Source: Paraspadella gotoi
Taxonomy: Eukaryota; Animalia; Chaetognatha
Reading direction: 5' to 3'
NCBI GenBank assembly: GCA_051294375.1
Contig: CM119264.1
Location: forward strand, 3,604,689-3,668,664
DNA: 63,976 bases
Positions 37,428-50,914 of the stretch are shown here, piece by piece. The stretch's first letter is position 1. Each line of letters starts with the position of its first letter. Both the position numbers and the translations under genes were made by a program. The notes beneath the pieces are model-generated. The model was given only the letters and a program-made list of their open reading frames with translations, had not been told where the DNA came from and did not search any database.

Positions 37428-39747
37428 ATGAATCGCCGAACGTCAACGTCGAGAGTCGCGTCGAGCATTGGGTTGCAACTTCGGCCGACAGTCTGTACGT
37501 CGCCTAAGATCTACTACGGGCGTCTCCGCGTGTCTAGAGCCATCGAACGTCAGTGTCCGATCGTCCAGGAAGGAGGGCACGTCGGTAACAAAGTCCTCTC
37601 GATCGTCCAAAGAGACGATCAGACAAAGGTTGGTCCTCGATCTAGAGAGAGTTGACGAAGAGCGTTTAGCGATTGAAAAGGCGAGAGAGAAAGATAAAGT
37701 AGAAAAGGAGATTAGAAGATTAAAAGACGAGGCTAAGTTAAGAGAGATGGAAGAAAGTAAGAAAGAAATCGATTACGAATTCAGATTGAAAGCGATTGAA
37801 AGAAATAGAAAAGTGACTAACGAGAGAATCCACAACATTAGTAGAGGTAGTTCAGAAGAGGACCTGTATTCATGCAGATCGGGAGGAGCTCGCTCGGTAA
37901 CGTCGCGCCGAAGTCTCGTGAACGAACGTCGCGTCGACACACGCCCACGCGCCGATCAACACGTCGAAGAACGCCCGCTCGCCGAACGCCACGACGCAGA
38001 ACGCCCTTCCGCCGTCCAACTCGTCAAGGAATCTCCGCCGGATCTCACGGTGCCAAATCCCATCGTCTCTACGGTGAGGGGAGGAAAGGAAAGGGAGGCA
38101 GGACTTAATGAGGACGAATTGTTATTACAACTTGTGAGAAACTTACCTGAGGAAAAGAGGAAGAGTCTTGTTGCTGTATTGCAGTTGCCGCCGCCGGCCG
38201 GCCCGCGTAACATTGCGCCGCAAATCACCGCTTGTCCACCGATTGTTACCACGCCGTCCGTACCGCCACCCGTTCCGATCGCGCCGCCGCCGCGGATAGT
38301 ACCGCCGCCGCCGCCCGTAACATTTTCACCGCCGGTCCCGTTGCCACCGTTGCCGCCGCCTATTTTCATTCCGCCGGTTATACCGCCGCCGCCGATAGTA
38401 ACGCTCGGTTGTTCGTCGCCGTTTTTGTCGATGACGCCGGTGGAGAAATTGACGCCGCCGCCGACGGTTCCGTCGATAATTCAAGCGTCCGTTGCCGAAG
38501 GTGTGTCGAAGCCTGCTGAATGTCCCAGTTGTTATTGTCGAAGTTCGCCGCGCCCGTCGACGCCGTCCGTCGCCGATCTTTCTGTTGAGAATCTAGACGG
38601 GGGAGGGAGGAAAGAAGAGAAAGGAGAAAATATCAAATTAAATCACACACGTGAAGAAGCTCTTACCAACTATGCATTCTGCAAACACAACAACAAGCAC
38701 TGAGCATCATCAGACAAAAGAGGCCTAAATTAAAATTTAGCGGAAAGGATCGTCGAGTCGACTTTGAGTCACAGCTGAATTTATTTGAGTCACTCAGCAA
38801 AGTTGTGGGAGTAACCGACGAGATGTTGATGTCGGAATTAAAGGAGTACTTCGACGGGGATGCAGGGATCATAGTTTCACAACATGAGGCATCGGAAACC
38901 ACACTGAGGCTTTAAAGGAAGCAAAGAGAGGCGTTAGAGATTGAGTTCGGACGAAAAAATTTTACCGCGCAGCAGATGTTAGAGGAACTTCTGAAAGGGC
39001 CGAAGATAACTGAGAGGGATTTCACGGGGGCACGAACGTTTATATTAGAGATGGAAAGGTTTTGAAGAAGAGACAGTTGAGACAAATCGCAGCGTACGTT
39101 TTTCGACACAGTGACAACGTAGCATTGAGATATATGATCAAAAATTCGCATAGATAGCTAATCCGGTTGCCAAGAGAATGACAAGACATGAGTTAGCGAT
39201 TCTGAAAGGGGATGATAGGAAGAGAGGCGATCTCGAATTGAAATTTGAAGAGTTTCTAGAAATAATAAAGGAGGTGACGAGGTCGAAGGAGACGATGGGG
39301 ATCCTCATGAAACAAGGGTCATCGGTGGGAGAAAAAGTGGGTGGGTCAAATTATAGCAGCGCGAGGACGTCCGGGGATGTCAATAGGAACCACATTTCCG
39401 TTCGCGCCGCCACAACCACCCGCACTTCAAAGGCAATCGTCGCCGCCAACCGAAGTTTTTCGAATCCAAACTCAGACCCTACAAATCATGCACCCAGAGG
39501 ACCCAGAAATTCAAAATGTGATTTTTGTGAAAAGATTCACTTCACGGGGGTATGCTCAAAATTTCTCGAGTTGAACGTCGACGAGAGATTGAACTGGATG
39601 AAGGAAAAGGGTTTATGCAGACTTTGTTTCGGACGTGGCCATCTGGCAAGAGCTTGCTCGAACCTCATGGGATGTCAGACATGTGGACAGAGGCATCATG
39701 CTTCTCTCCATAGAGAAGACGCTGATCAGGACCAGAGTTCGTCCTGA
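37428..39747 (+). CDS. gag: Bel/Pao gag, copy B (Ser/Arg-rich N-terminus, coiled coil, Pro-rich segment, three Zn knuckles); frameshifts around 38650-39180
   Basis: ORFs 37468-38703 and 39178-39747; 38930-39020 matches the copy A fragment 33823-33909. Confidence 0.8.
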
Positions 39748-41947
39748 CTGGCTGCAGCATACGTGACGACGGGAGCGTTCCGGCCGATCGTCCCAGTTGT
39801 TGTTAGAAACGGAGAAAAATCGGTCGTCACGTATGCATTATTAGATAGCGGCGCTACTCGATCGGCGATGTCGATGAAATTAGCTAGTGAATTAGACGTC
39901 GCTACTTATGCTGAATTTACTAATTTGACTACTTATGATAAAGTCTCTAGAGCTTGGAGGGATTATGGAGATGTTGAAGTATCGAATTTAGATAATACGT
40001 TTTCCACGGAGATGAGGAAAGTGATGGTCGGAGAAGTCCTCACGACGGAGGCGGACAGACCGACAAGGAATGAAGAGATCGAAGATTATCATTACATGGA
40101 AGGAGTAGAATTTGCTGAATTGGAGGACGACTCGGTGGAGATGATTCTTGATGCGAGACTGGCACATGCATGGGTCGGAGGTGAAGTGAAGAAAGGTCCA
40201 GAAGGTTATCCGGTCGCGTTGAAGACGTTGTTCGGGTGGACGTTAGTAGGGGCAAGTGAAAATGAGAGTGGAGATCACATTAGCTGCTGCTCAACGCCGA
40301 ACGAGCACGAGAAATTGGAGTACATGATCGCGTCGATGTTCCGACATGACTTTATAATGAGAGGGACCGAGAAATATCCATCGGAGGTGCAACATCCGTC
40401 AGCGGAAGATTGCTACGCATTGGAGCAGTTGGAGAAAGAAATTTACTTTAACGAAAAGACTGGGCACTATGTTGCGCCGTCGCCGTGGAAGAAAGGGAGG
40501 GAAGAGACCGCTAAGTTTTTCGAAACGGTCAAGGATGACGTAATAAAGAATGCGGAGAGCAGAGCAAGAAAATTGGCGAACAAGATGCGGAAAGATCCGG
40601 CGCTGAAGGAAGGGGTGTTCAAGACGATGAAGGAGACGATCGAATCGGGCCACGCTAGAAAAGCTGTAGTTGACCATCCGCCGCCGGGTAATCCAGAATG
40701 TTTCGCGCCATTACTCGTAGTTACGAGACCAGACAAGCCGGGGAAGTTCAGAATTTGCCAAGACGCAGCATCCAAAGTGAACGGGAACGCACTAAACGAC
40801 CATCTGATTGGGGGGCCGGACAACTTAACTCCGCTGATCGGCATGCTGTTGAAGTTCCGACGAAAGAGATACACGATTTCTGCTGACATAAAAGGCTTTT
40901 TCCATCAAGTAGAGTTGCACCCGAAAGACGTAGCTGCATTTAGATACCATTGGTATACGGACGAGTCAATGAAGACGTTGGAGGTCCACGAGCCACTGGT
41001 CCATGTGTTCGGAGGAGCCGGAAGCCCAGGAGTTGCTACATTTGTGCTGCAGTACCATGGGAAAAGGTTGAGCTTCACTGGAGAATTTTCGCCTGAGGTC
41101 ATAATCGCATTTTTCATTAAAGTATATGTTGACGATTATCTTGACGCATTGGATGGAATCAAAGACGCCCGAAAGATGAGGCTGGACATGACGGAAGCCA
41201 TGAGAAGAGGGGGATTCGAGTTGACCAAGTGGCAGGCATCTCACCCACGAATACTGATAGACGAAGCCGGAGAAGATGAAGATGACAAAGAGTTGGAAAA
41301 GGAAAATGTTGACGAAGGTCTGGAAGAAGAATTGGAAGATAATCTTGAAGGGTTAGCCGGAAATGCATTGCCCGAAGATCCAACGATGGAGGAACATGAT
41401 TCAAAAGTCTTGGGGACAGGCTATAATTCGAAACGAGATGTGTTTTTCGTCCGCGTAACAGAAAAATCGAAGAAGGAAGCAAAAACGAGGAGAGACGTTT
41501 TGAAGTTGGTCGCGTCAGTTTTTGACCCGCTGGGGTTGGTGGCGCCGTTTGTACTGAAGGGACGGAGCATCTTTCAAAGGGTGGTGATGGAAGGAATAGA
41601 CTGGGACGAAAAGTTGTCCGACGAGCTGTTTGAGGCGTTTGACAAATGGAGGAAAAAGATGCACTTCTTAAAGAAAATTAGAATCCCGCGATGGACGAGT
41701 ATTGTCGGGTTAGATTGCGTGAAGACGACGTTGATTGTGTTCTGTGATGCAAGTTGTGAAGGCTACGGGGTGGCGATATACATAAAGAAAGAAAACAAAG
41801 GAAGTGAAAAGAGTCATGTGACGCTTCTTTTCGCGAAAGCTCATGTTGTTCCGGTCAAGATGCAAGAGAAGATTATCATTGAAGACCAGTTGGATCACGG
41901 AGATTCGATGCCGAGGTTAGAGTTGAATGCGGCAAGATTGGCGGCGC
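39748..41947 (+). CDS. pol: Bel/Pao pol (protease, RT, start of RNase H), copy B, truncated by gap
   Basis: Same motifs as copy A; in frame with gag across a single TGA. Confidence 0.95.
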
Positions 41948-44717
41948 NNNNNNNNNNNNNNNNNNNNNNNNNTAGAATTAGGAAGATAGAGATGATTTGC
42001 AAGATGTAGGGGAGCAGAGAGACAGCAACTGGGATTTGAGAGAGGCAGCGAAGCAAGTTTATACGACGAGAGAGGGAGGATGGGCAGCACATGCTCACTA
42101 GATTAGTCAATAGAACAGTGAGTTAGGTTGGATGCAGTGCGAGCCGCTGGAAAGAATTACGATATCATCAATGAACGTCAGTGAAAACGTTTCGTGGGTT
42201 ACGAAGGGACGGAATGCCATAACGACGGGCGCAGGGTCACTCTCAGACCAGAAAACGAATGGAAGTACATTCCCTAACGAAGAAGAATCCTAGCTGACGG
42301 CTCGACAAAGACCGTGGTAATTGAGTGCTGATGATGCGAGGTGATGAAAACAAGAATTCGATGCTGATGCTGGGAGAACGGGAGTTAGAAGGCTAGCGCA
42401 GGGCCCAGAAATGGCGAATATGCGTCGGCGTAGCGGAGATGTATAGCAGGGGGTGTATGATTATGTCATATATTATTGCGCCAGAGTAGTGTGTGTTCTG
42501 GTACAGGGAGCTTAGTCATGATCGATGATCACGGTGAAAGGTTAGAAGAAGAGAGAAGTCTAGAGATACAGTTGATTGGTGGGGCGAGATGTGAGGCCCG
42601 GGCCTTTCGGCAGGTGGTCAGCAGAGAACAGGAAGGTAAAGCTGAAGGTTTGAGAAGAGGAGACCTAGTACGATCGAGGCGCATGAGATGCGTGTTCGAG
42701 TCCTGAAATAATTGCAGAGAAGTTGAGTGTAGCATGTGTGATAATGTTCATTGAATGTATTGATGATCAGTGAGATCTCAGCACCCCTATGGGAAATGTG
42801 GTAATTTGCAAATTCAAACCGTACTCCCGGTTGACTATAGATTCCAGAGAAAAAGAGATGGGGAGGAAGATGGCAGATTTGGGTATTAAAAGTGACTGAG
42901 AAATAATAAAGTGAATTGGTAGAAAAAGTGAAGACGGATTAAGGATCGGAGTAGTGAAGTTGTTCCACAGAAAAGCAGGTAAAAGAATTAGTGAAACGAG
43001 GAATGTCGAAAAAGAGAAAAAAAGGGGAGAAAGGAGGTCCTGCTTGAGTTGTTTGAAAACTTGGGATGATGACGCCGGAAATTCACACCAGAGAGTTGAG
43101 ACACACGAGAAACTCGAGCGAGAATTGCTCGCGTTAAAGTCCATTTATAGATGAGGAACGAGGCTCATGAGAACTGGTGGGAGGCTGGAAAATTCGAAAG
43201 GACTACCATACACACAAACACCCAATAATATTGCCAAAAAGATGACGAAATGGTAAGATTCACTAATTCGACATGAACACACACACTTTATCACCAATTC
43301 CTGCCAATGCGCTACATTCCATTCGCGTCAGGAAGAAGATTCACCTTATTGGGGAGAAGACCAGCCGTAGAGAAAGATCCGGTCGCCGGTGTCTTGAAGT
43401 GTCAAAAGAATTGATAAAGTTCCAACCGCCAGCAGGAAGATGCCGAGCCATGCCCGAGTTCCGCATGTGAATGAAGCAATGTCACGTTCGAAGTCACAGG
43501 TCTGATTGTTTCGGGCCCATTCCAGGTGAACAAAAACACGACGTCGTGGCGGGCGAACTAAATCAAAAAGAACGTCGTCAAATTCACATTGATGTCGTAA
43601 CCAACGCCGTGCAGTAACATTGCGAAATATGAGCAGATATGACAAGCCTCAGTCGATGGCTCAGTGCTTTAATAAGATTTCAAAATGTTTATCCCAGGAG
43701 GTTACGGAACTTGTATCGGACAACGGCAGAGAGATTCGATGCCGAGGTTAGAATTGAATGCGGCAAGATTGGCGGCGCAGACAAGAGACACAATGATTAG
43801 AGAAGCAGGCGAGGAGTTCGACGAAATCCACATGCTCACAGATTCAACTAGTGTTGACAAACTTCAAGACACCGGCGGACCGATTTCTCTACGGCTTGGG
43901 GGCCTTCCTCCCCAATACTTAGGTGAATCTCTGTCCTGACTTGCGATGGAATTGTAGCGCATGCGCCCGAATGGAATGAAAAGTTACGTGCTCAAATGGT
44001 CGAAATTAATGAGGTCTACCAAATTCGTCCGTCTTTTGGCCAAATATTAAATTGAATGTTTGCTAATGTACAAAATAACAGGAAAGGTGGAAAAACAATT
44101 TTTTTCAATGGTAAAATGAAAATAATAACTTTAATAATATGCAGCAACCACGAATAACTGGCTCCGAACTGTTCCCAGCCTGAGCAACCCCGCCAACCAC
44201 ACAGTGTTCTTTCATGTGAGCCCCTTCCTGCATCTATTATAATAAAAAACGGCACCTTAACGCGAACAATTCTTGAGTTTTCTAATGTTCTCAGTCTCTG
44301 TCTGTGTTTTTCCAATTTGCTAAAAAAATTATTAAAAACAGAGTTCGGCGTCATCACCCCTTTAGGTTTCAGCAATTCAACATAGATCTTCTTTTTCACG
44401 AAAATTTTTTTCTTGATAGCTTTGAAATTAACTTTAAATCTCGGCTTTTTCAAAAATCTTCTCCCGTCATCTTCGAATTTCTTCTCCCCGTTCGGCATAT
44501 TGAATATACTCGTTTGTTACTCTGTACCTCAATCACACTCTGCGATCTGCATTCGTGACGGGCAGGATCATAGNNNNNNNNNNNNNNNNNNNNNNNNNNN
44601 NNNNNNNNNNNNNNNNNNNNNNNNNNNNNNNNNNNNNNNNNNNNNNNNNNNNNNNNNNNNNNNNNNNNNNNNNNNNNNNNNNNNNNNNNNNNNNNNNNNN
44701 NNNNNNNNNNNNNNNNN

Positions 44718-45728
44718 GTCAAAAGAATTTGAAAGTCCCAACGCCGCAGAAGATGGCAGAGCATCCCGAGTTTCGCGTGAATGAAGCAATTCCGTTCGAA
44801 GTCACAGGTCTTGATTGTTTCGGGCCATTCCAGGTGAAACACGCCGGGCGGGGACTAAATAAAAAGAACGTCGTCATATTCACATGTCTAACAACCCGTG
44901 CAGTAACATTCGAAATATTGAGAGATATGACAGCTCAATCGATGCTCAGTGCTTTAATAAGATTCAAAAATGTTTATCCAGGAGTACGGACACTTGTATC
45001 GGACAACGGCACCAACCTCGTGGGCGCCAACAACGAGATCGAGAGGCAACTTCATCAACTTCAAAAGGACGACAAAGTCAACGAAGGAATCGCCGCAAAG
45101 GGCATCACCTGGATATTCGGACCACCAAATGCTCCACATTGCGGAGGTGCGTGGGAGAGGTTGATCAGAGAAACGAAGAAGCACCTCAACGCCGTCATGC
45201 CCGCTGAATTAGACGTCGACACATTCTCGACAATACTAAGTGAAGTAGCAGGTATATTATATATCGCCGACCATGTGACGTTTGAAATCATCTGATCCTA
45301 TTAAAAAGGTGAAGGTGGCAACTGTCACAATCGAAGCTTTTTATTACCCGCATACTTATTTACATCTACTTCAATTAGACATATTTACCGATAACGCCAG
45401 GGCTGCGGAGATACATATCGAAAATGGCGGCTGTGGAGACAAGTGAGCGACGTTAGCCGACGCATTCTGGACAAAGATGGCATTCTGAATACTTGATCTC
45501 TTTAACAGCGAGAGGACAAAATGGCGAAAGTCGGCGGAAAACCTGAAGGACGGCCAAGTTGTCATGCTCGTCGAACCGAACGCTCCTCGAGATCAATGGA
45601 AGACGGGCCGCGTCGTCGAGATAAAAGGAGACGGCCCTTTGAAGAGAGAAGCAGTCGTCCGGCTCGCCGACGGAAGAACTTTTCGACGCCATCATAACGC
45701 ATTGGTTCAACTGGAGTTGGAGCAGTGA
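44718..45728 (+). CDS. Integrase core and C-terminus, copy B (frameshifted after ~45260)
   Basis: PFEVTGLDCFGP, SDNGTNLVGA, PHCGGAWERLIR (DDE core). Confidence 0.9.
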
Positions 45729-45761
45729 GAACGTCGTCAAGAGAAAAAACTGTAAAAAAAG

Positions 45762-48700
45762 TTTTCCTGTATCAAGTTCGTAACGGTATACTTTAAAGCC
45801 TTTGGCCAAGATCCATCTGGTTAAATGAAATATTAACTTTAAACTCAATTGAGAACGAATTTGCTCTTTTTAATGGATTTATTTGAATTTTTTAATTCAA
45901 CATTTCGTGCAAAGTTTTCAAAGTCTTTCTCTGCTTCGTCAATCCTCCTTTTATTTCTCTCTCTTATCATTTCAAGATCTCTTCCTTTCTGGGTGCTGCT
46001 TTTCGCGGCTTTTGGTGATGTCTTCCTTTATCTGGTGCAGCTCTCTGATTTTTTTCTCCATGTCGGAAGCAGCTTTTTCCGGTTTCTCTTTTTTCTCCCT
46101 GTCTTTCTCTGCTTTCTTTTCTTTCAGCTTTAACTCCCTTTCGCAAAGAACGAGATCGTATACTTTTCTTTTCTTTTCTCCTTCTTTCTCCCCCGCTATT
46201 GTCTCCCATCTTCTTTCGGATTTTCCTTCCATTCTTCTCAGAAGTTTTTTGCCAATTATAACTGAATACATGAACATAATAAACTATAATACTTTTTTAA
46301 TATGTCTATTAACAGTTAACGTTTCGAGCTAGCATTCTTTCTCCTTTCAACTAGTCTCTTGGTTTCTATCCTGATCTTTTCGCGTTCCTCGTCGTTACCG
46401 GATCTACTTTATCAGTTTCTTTGTTGGCTGGTTCCGCGATTTTCTTCGGTATCGTTTCGTTTTCTGCTGTTGTTAACGTTGTTGTAATTGCTGCTGCTGC
46501 TGTAGTTGCTTCTGCTGTTGTAGCTATGCTGCTGTGGTCGCTGCTGCTGCTGTAGCTGCTTCTGCTTTGTAGCTGCTTCTGCTGTTTTGTGCTTCAAATT
46601 CGGATTTTCTTTGTTTCTTTTTTGCAATGAGTTTTCTTGGTCTCGTCGTCATATTCCTCCTCTGGATTCTGTAGATCTTTTTGTATACCGTTTCGTCATC
46701 GTCTTCTGGCATTGGCGAGGGATGTAGATGCCTTTTAATTCTTTCGTCAACTCCGACATCATCTTTCTTCTCCTTCTTACTGAGTCTAGATACAAAGTTC
46801 ATCTCGATGGCTGGAGCATATTCCCATGATTGGATTGGCGTCGACCTCCTCCCACAATCCTTCATCAATTGTCCATTGATGATCTTAGTTGTTTTTCAAA
46901 ACAACTCTTCACAAATTGTTCGATATTCATTGTCCTGTTTTCCTCTAATGTCGAAAATGGATTTCGTATTAATGTTATCTACTTTATTGTTCATTTGTTT
47001 CTACTCAATTTTTTGTTTCTCATTTCTTTAAACTATTTTATTTTGAAACGAGTTTATTTTTTTTTTACAGTTTTTTCTTTCTGACGGCGTTCTCACATCG
47101 CTCCAACTCCAGTTGACACCATGCTGTTATTGATGCGTCGAAAAGTTCTTCCGTCGGCGAGCCGAGCGACTGCTTCTCTTCTTCAAAGGGCCGTCTCCTT
47201 TATTCTCGACGACGCGCGCCCGTCCTTCCCATTGTCTCGGGCGCTGTTCGGTTCGACAGCATGACACTTGGCCGTCCTTCAGGTTTTCCCGCCGACTTTC
47301 GCATTTTGTCCTCTCCTGTAAAGAGATCAAGTATTCAGAGTATGCCATCTTTTCCAGAATGCGTCGGCTACGTCTCTCACTTGTCTCCAAGCCGCCTTCA
47401 TACAGTCACCCTCTGCAAGCTGCTATATGTAATAATGTTAATGAAGTAGATGTGAATAAGTATGGGTATAAAAAAGTTTCGATGGTGACGTTGCCACTTA
47501 CACTTTTAGGTCAGATGATTCAAACGTCAATGGTCGCGGGTTTAATATACCTGCTACTTCCTTAGTATTGTCGAGAATGTGTCGACTCTAATTCAGGTGG
47601 CATGACGGCTTGAGGTGCTTCTTCGTTTCTCTGATCAACCTCTCCCACGCACCTCCGCAATGTGGAGCATTTGGGTGGTACCGAATATCCAGGTGATGCC
47701 CTTGCGGCGATTCCTTCGTTGACTTTGTCGCCTTTTGAAGTTGATGAAGTTGCCTCTCGATCTCGTTGTTTGGCGCCCCACGAGGTTGGTGCCTGTCTCG
47801 ATACAAGTGTCCGTACTCTCGGATAAACATTTTTGAATCTTATTAAAAAGCTGAGCATCGATTGAGCAGTCATATCTCTCAATATTTCGAATGTTACTGC
47901 AGCGGAGACATAGTGAATATGACGACGTTCTTTTTTTTAGTCCCCGCCGCGCGTTTTCACACTGGAATGGCCCGAAAACAATCAAGACCTGTGACTTCGA
48001 ATGGATTGCTTCTATTCACCGGAAACTCGGATGCTCGGCCATTCTTCTCGGCGCGTTGGGACTTTCAAATTCTTTTGACACTTCAAGCACCGCGGCGGAG
48101 ATCTCTACGGCTGGTCTTCCTCCCAATAAGGTGAATCTCTGTCTGAGCGAATGGATGATAGCGCGATGCGCAGCCGATGGGATTAAGTTAGTGTCATGTC
48201 GAAATTAGTGACTCTACACATTTCGTCGATCTCTTTTGGCAATATATATTGGGTGTTTGTGTGGATTTATGGTGGCGCTTTTCGAATTTCCCAGCCTCCA
48301 CCAGTTCTCATGAGCCCTTCCTCATCTCATAAAAGGACCTTAACGCGACAATTCTCGAGTTTCTATGTGTCTCACTCTCTGTGATAGATTCGGCGTCATC
48401 ACCCCAGTTTCACAACTCAAAGAGATCCTTTTCGAAATCTTTTCTGGTGAGTATATTTTACTTTTTTTTTAACTCGTGTTCCGTTTTCATAAGCTTTCCA
48501 CTTCGAATTACTTTCTCTTTCCTCTCTTCTCTTTCGATTCTCTCTCATTACCTCTTCTCTGCATAATTAGCTTTTGTAATAATTCCTTCTCATCTTTTTT
48601 CGCCCAACTCCACGTTCTCAAGTAATTTTATATCACCCAGCTTTTTCCTCACCCATCCTGCTTTGATGTATCACGGCCACGCTTTGAAGCAATACGAATC

Positions 48701-48850
48701 CTATGGTATGTATGGATGAATTACTTTCTATCTACATAGCATCATTAGCGTGCCTGATATACATTCTCTTCCTATGCTATCCAAATCTCGGATGGCGCAA
48801 TCGTTCCTAACTCCGAATGCCATTCTGGGCCTCTTGTGGAACTTGGGCTT
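45762..48850 (-). mobile_element. Inverted noisy duplicate of RNase H-integrase-ORF A-ORF B region
   Basis: Reverse-complement homology to 49366-52080; high indel density. Confidence 0.75.
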
Positions 48851-50914
48851 GCCTATCTGTGTTGCCTATCTGTTTATTTGTGTGCAAGCGGGCGTGTCTT
48901 ATGATACTAGCGCGCTGTGCAGCCTNNNNNNNNNNNNNNNNNNNNNNNNNGGAAATGGAAAGAAGGGCACGAATTATGGAAAAAGGGTAATTACCAAGAG
49001 TCCATCAATCTCACACGAAAATTAATACTCCCTGAAGTTGAAATAGACGAAGCAGAGAAACGACATGCAGAACTCGAAGAAGAGGAGACAGAACCAGAAA
49101 AAGCCTTAGAAATAGCTAAAGAAAAGAAGGAAAGCCTGAAACGAAGAAAACTGGAAGGGATGGAGATTTACGAGACTGAAAAAAAGTATGTAAATTCGTG
49201 GATTTATACTGAAATCTTAACTCAAACAGAAATAGAAAAAACCGAGATAGATCGAAAGATTGAAANNNNNNNNNNNNNNNNNNNNNNNNNNNNNNNNNNN
49301 NNNNNNNNNNNNNNNNNNNNNNNNNNNNNNNNNNNNNNNNNNNNNNNNNNNNNNNNNNNNNNNNNTGAGCATAACTCGGAGACACTGTCGCGTTTAAGAT
49401 TCCATTTATTAGCTAGATGAGGAAGGGGCTCATTGAGAACTGGTGTGCTGGAGGCTGACGGTACAACCTTCCGAGACACAAGGGCACGATACATTACACA
49501 ACACAAAACACCAAGTCAATATTGTGCCCCACAATTAGATGACGATAAGTCAGGGTAGATCACTCAATTCGAAATCCAGAACAACATTAATCTATACCAT
49601 TCTAGTTCGCGCTATGCGCTACATTTCCATTCGCTCGACAGAGAGATTCACCTTGTTGGGAGGAAGACCAGCCTGTAAGGAGAAGACGTTCGCGCTCGGT
49701 AGCTCTGAAGTGTCAAAAGAATTTTGAAAGTCCAACGACCTGCAGCAAAAGATGGCGATGCATCCGAGTTTCGCGGAACGAAGCATTCCGTTTCGAAGTC
49801 ACAGGTCTTGATTGGTTTCGGGCATTTCCAAGGTGAAACTCGCCAGGGCGGGGACTAATCAAAAGAACGTTCGTCAATATTCACATGTCTACAACTCGTG
49901 CAGTAAACATTCTGAAAATATTGAGAGATTGACGGAGTCATAATCGATGCTCAGTGCTTTACATACAGATTTAAAAATGTTTGTCCAGGAGTACGGCACT
50001 TTGTATCGGACAACGGCACCACCTCGTGGGCGCCAAACAACGAGATCGAGAAGGAACTTCCACCAATTCAACAAGGCAGCGAACTAAAGTTCAACGAAGG
50101 AATCGCGCGCCAAAGGCATTACCTGGATATTGCCGGACCAGCCAAATGCTCCCAGCATGCGGATGGTGCGTGGCGAGAAGGTTGACAGAGAAACGAGAAG
50201 CACCTCACGCCGTCATGCACCGCGAATTAGACGTCGACACATTCTCCAGAAATACTAAGGGAACGTCAGCAGGTATTAATCTTGTCCACCGACCATTGAA
50301 CGTTTGAAATCATTGACCCTAAAAGTGAAATTGCACTGATCTCAACCATTCGAACATTTTTATACCAACTTATTCACATCTACTTCATTAAATTACCTAC
50401 CATAGCAGTGCAGAGGGTGGACTGATGAAGGCGGGCTTTGGAGACAAGTGAGAGACGGTAGCCGACGCGTTCTGGAAAGAATGGCAACCCTGAATATTTG
50501 AATCTCTTTACAGGAACGGACAAGATGGCGGAAAGTCGGCGAAAACCTGAAAGACGGCCAAGTTGTCATGCTCGTCGAACCGAACGCTCCTCAGAGAATC
50601 AATGGAAGACGGGCCGCGTCGTGCTGAGATAGAAAGGAGACGGCCCTTTGAAGAGAGAAGCCAGTCGCCGGTTCGCCGGGAAAGAATTTTCGACGACCAT
50701 TCATAAACGCACCTGGTTCAACCTGGAGTTGTGAGCAGGTGAGAACCGTCGTCAGAGAAAGAAACTGTAAATAAAAAAAATGAAAAAACTCGTTCAAATA
50801 AATAGTTTAAAGATATGAGAAACAAAAAAAAATTTGAGTAGAAACGAATGAACAATAAAGTCAGATTAACATTAATACGAAAACCATTTTCGAAAATTAG
50901 AGAAAAACAGAGAA

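Noticed and set aside
38650-39180. Frameshifts within gag as programmed recoding
   Set aside because: Several scattered indels and stops in a noisy stretch, with no second copy to confirm them.
41970-50700. Repeated inverted duplications of the RNase H/integrase/ORF A-C region as a real rearrangement
   Set aside because: The zig-zag orientation, very high indel density and N-gaps are typical of amplification chimeras or uncorrected long-read gap filling.
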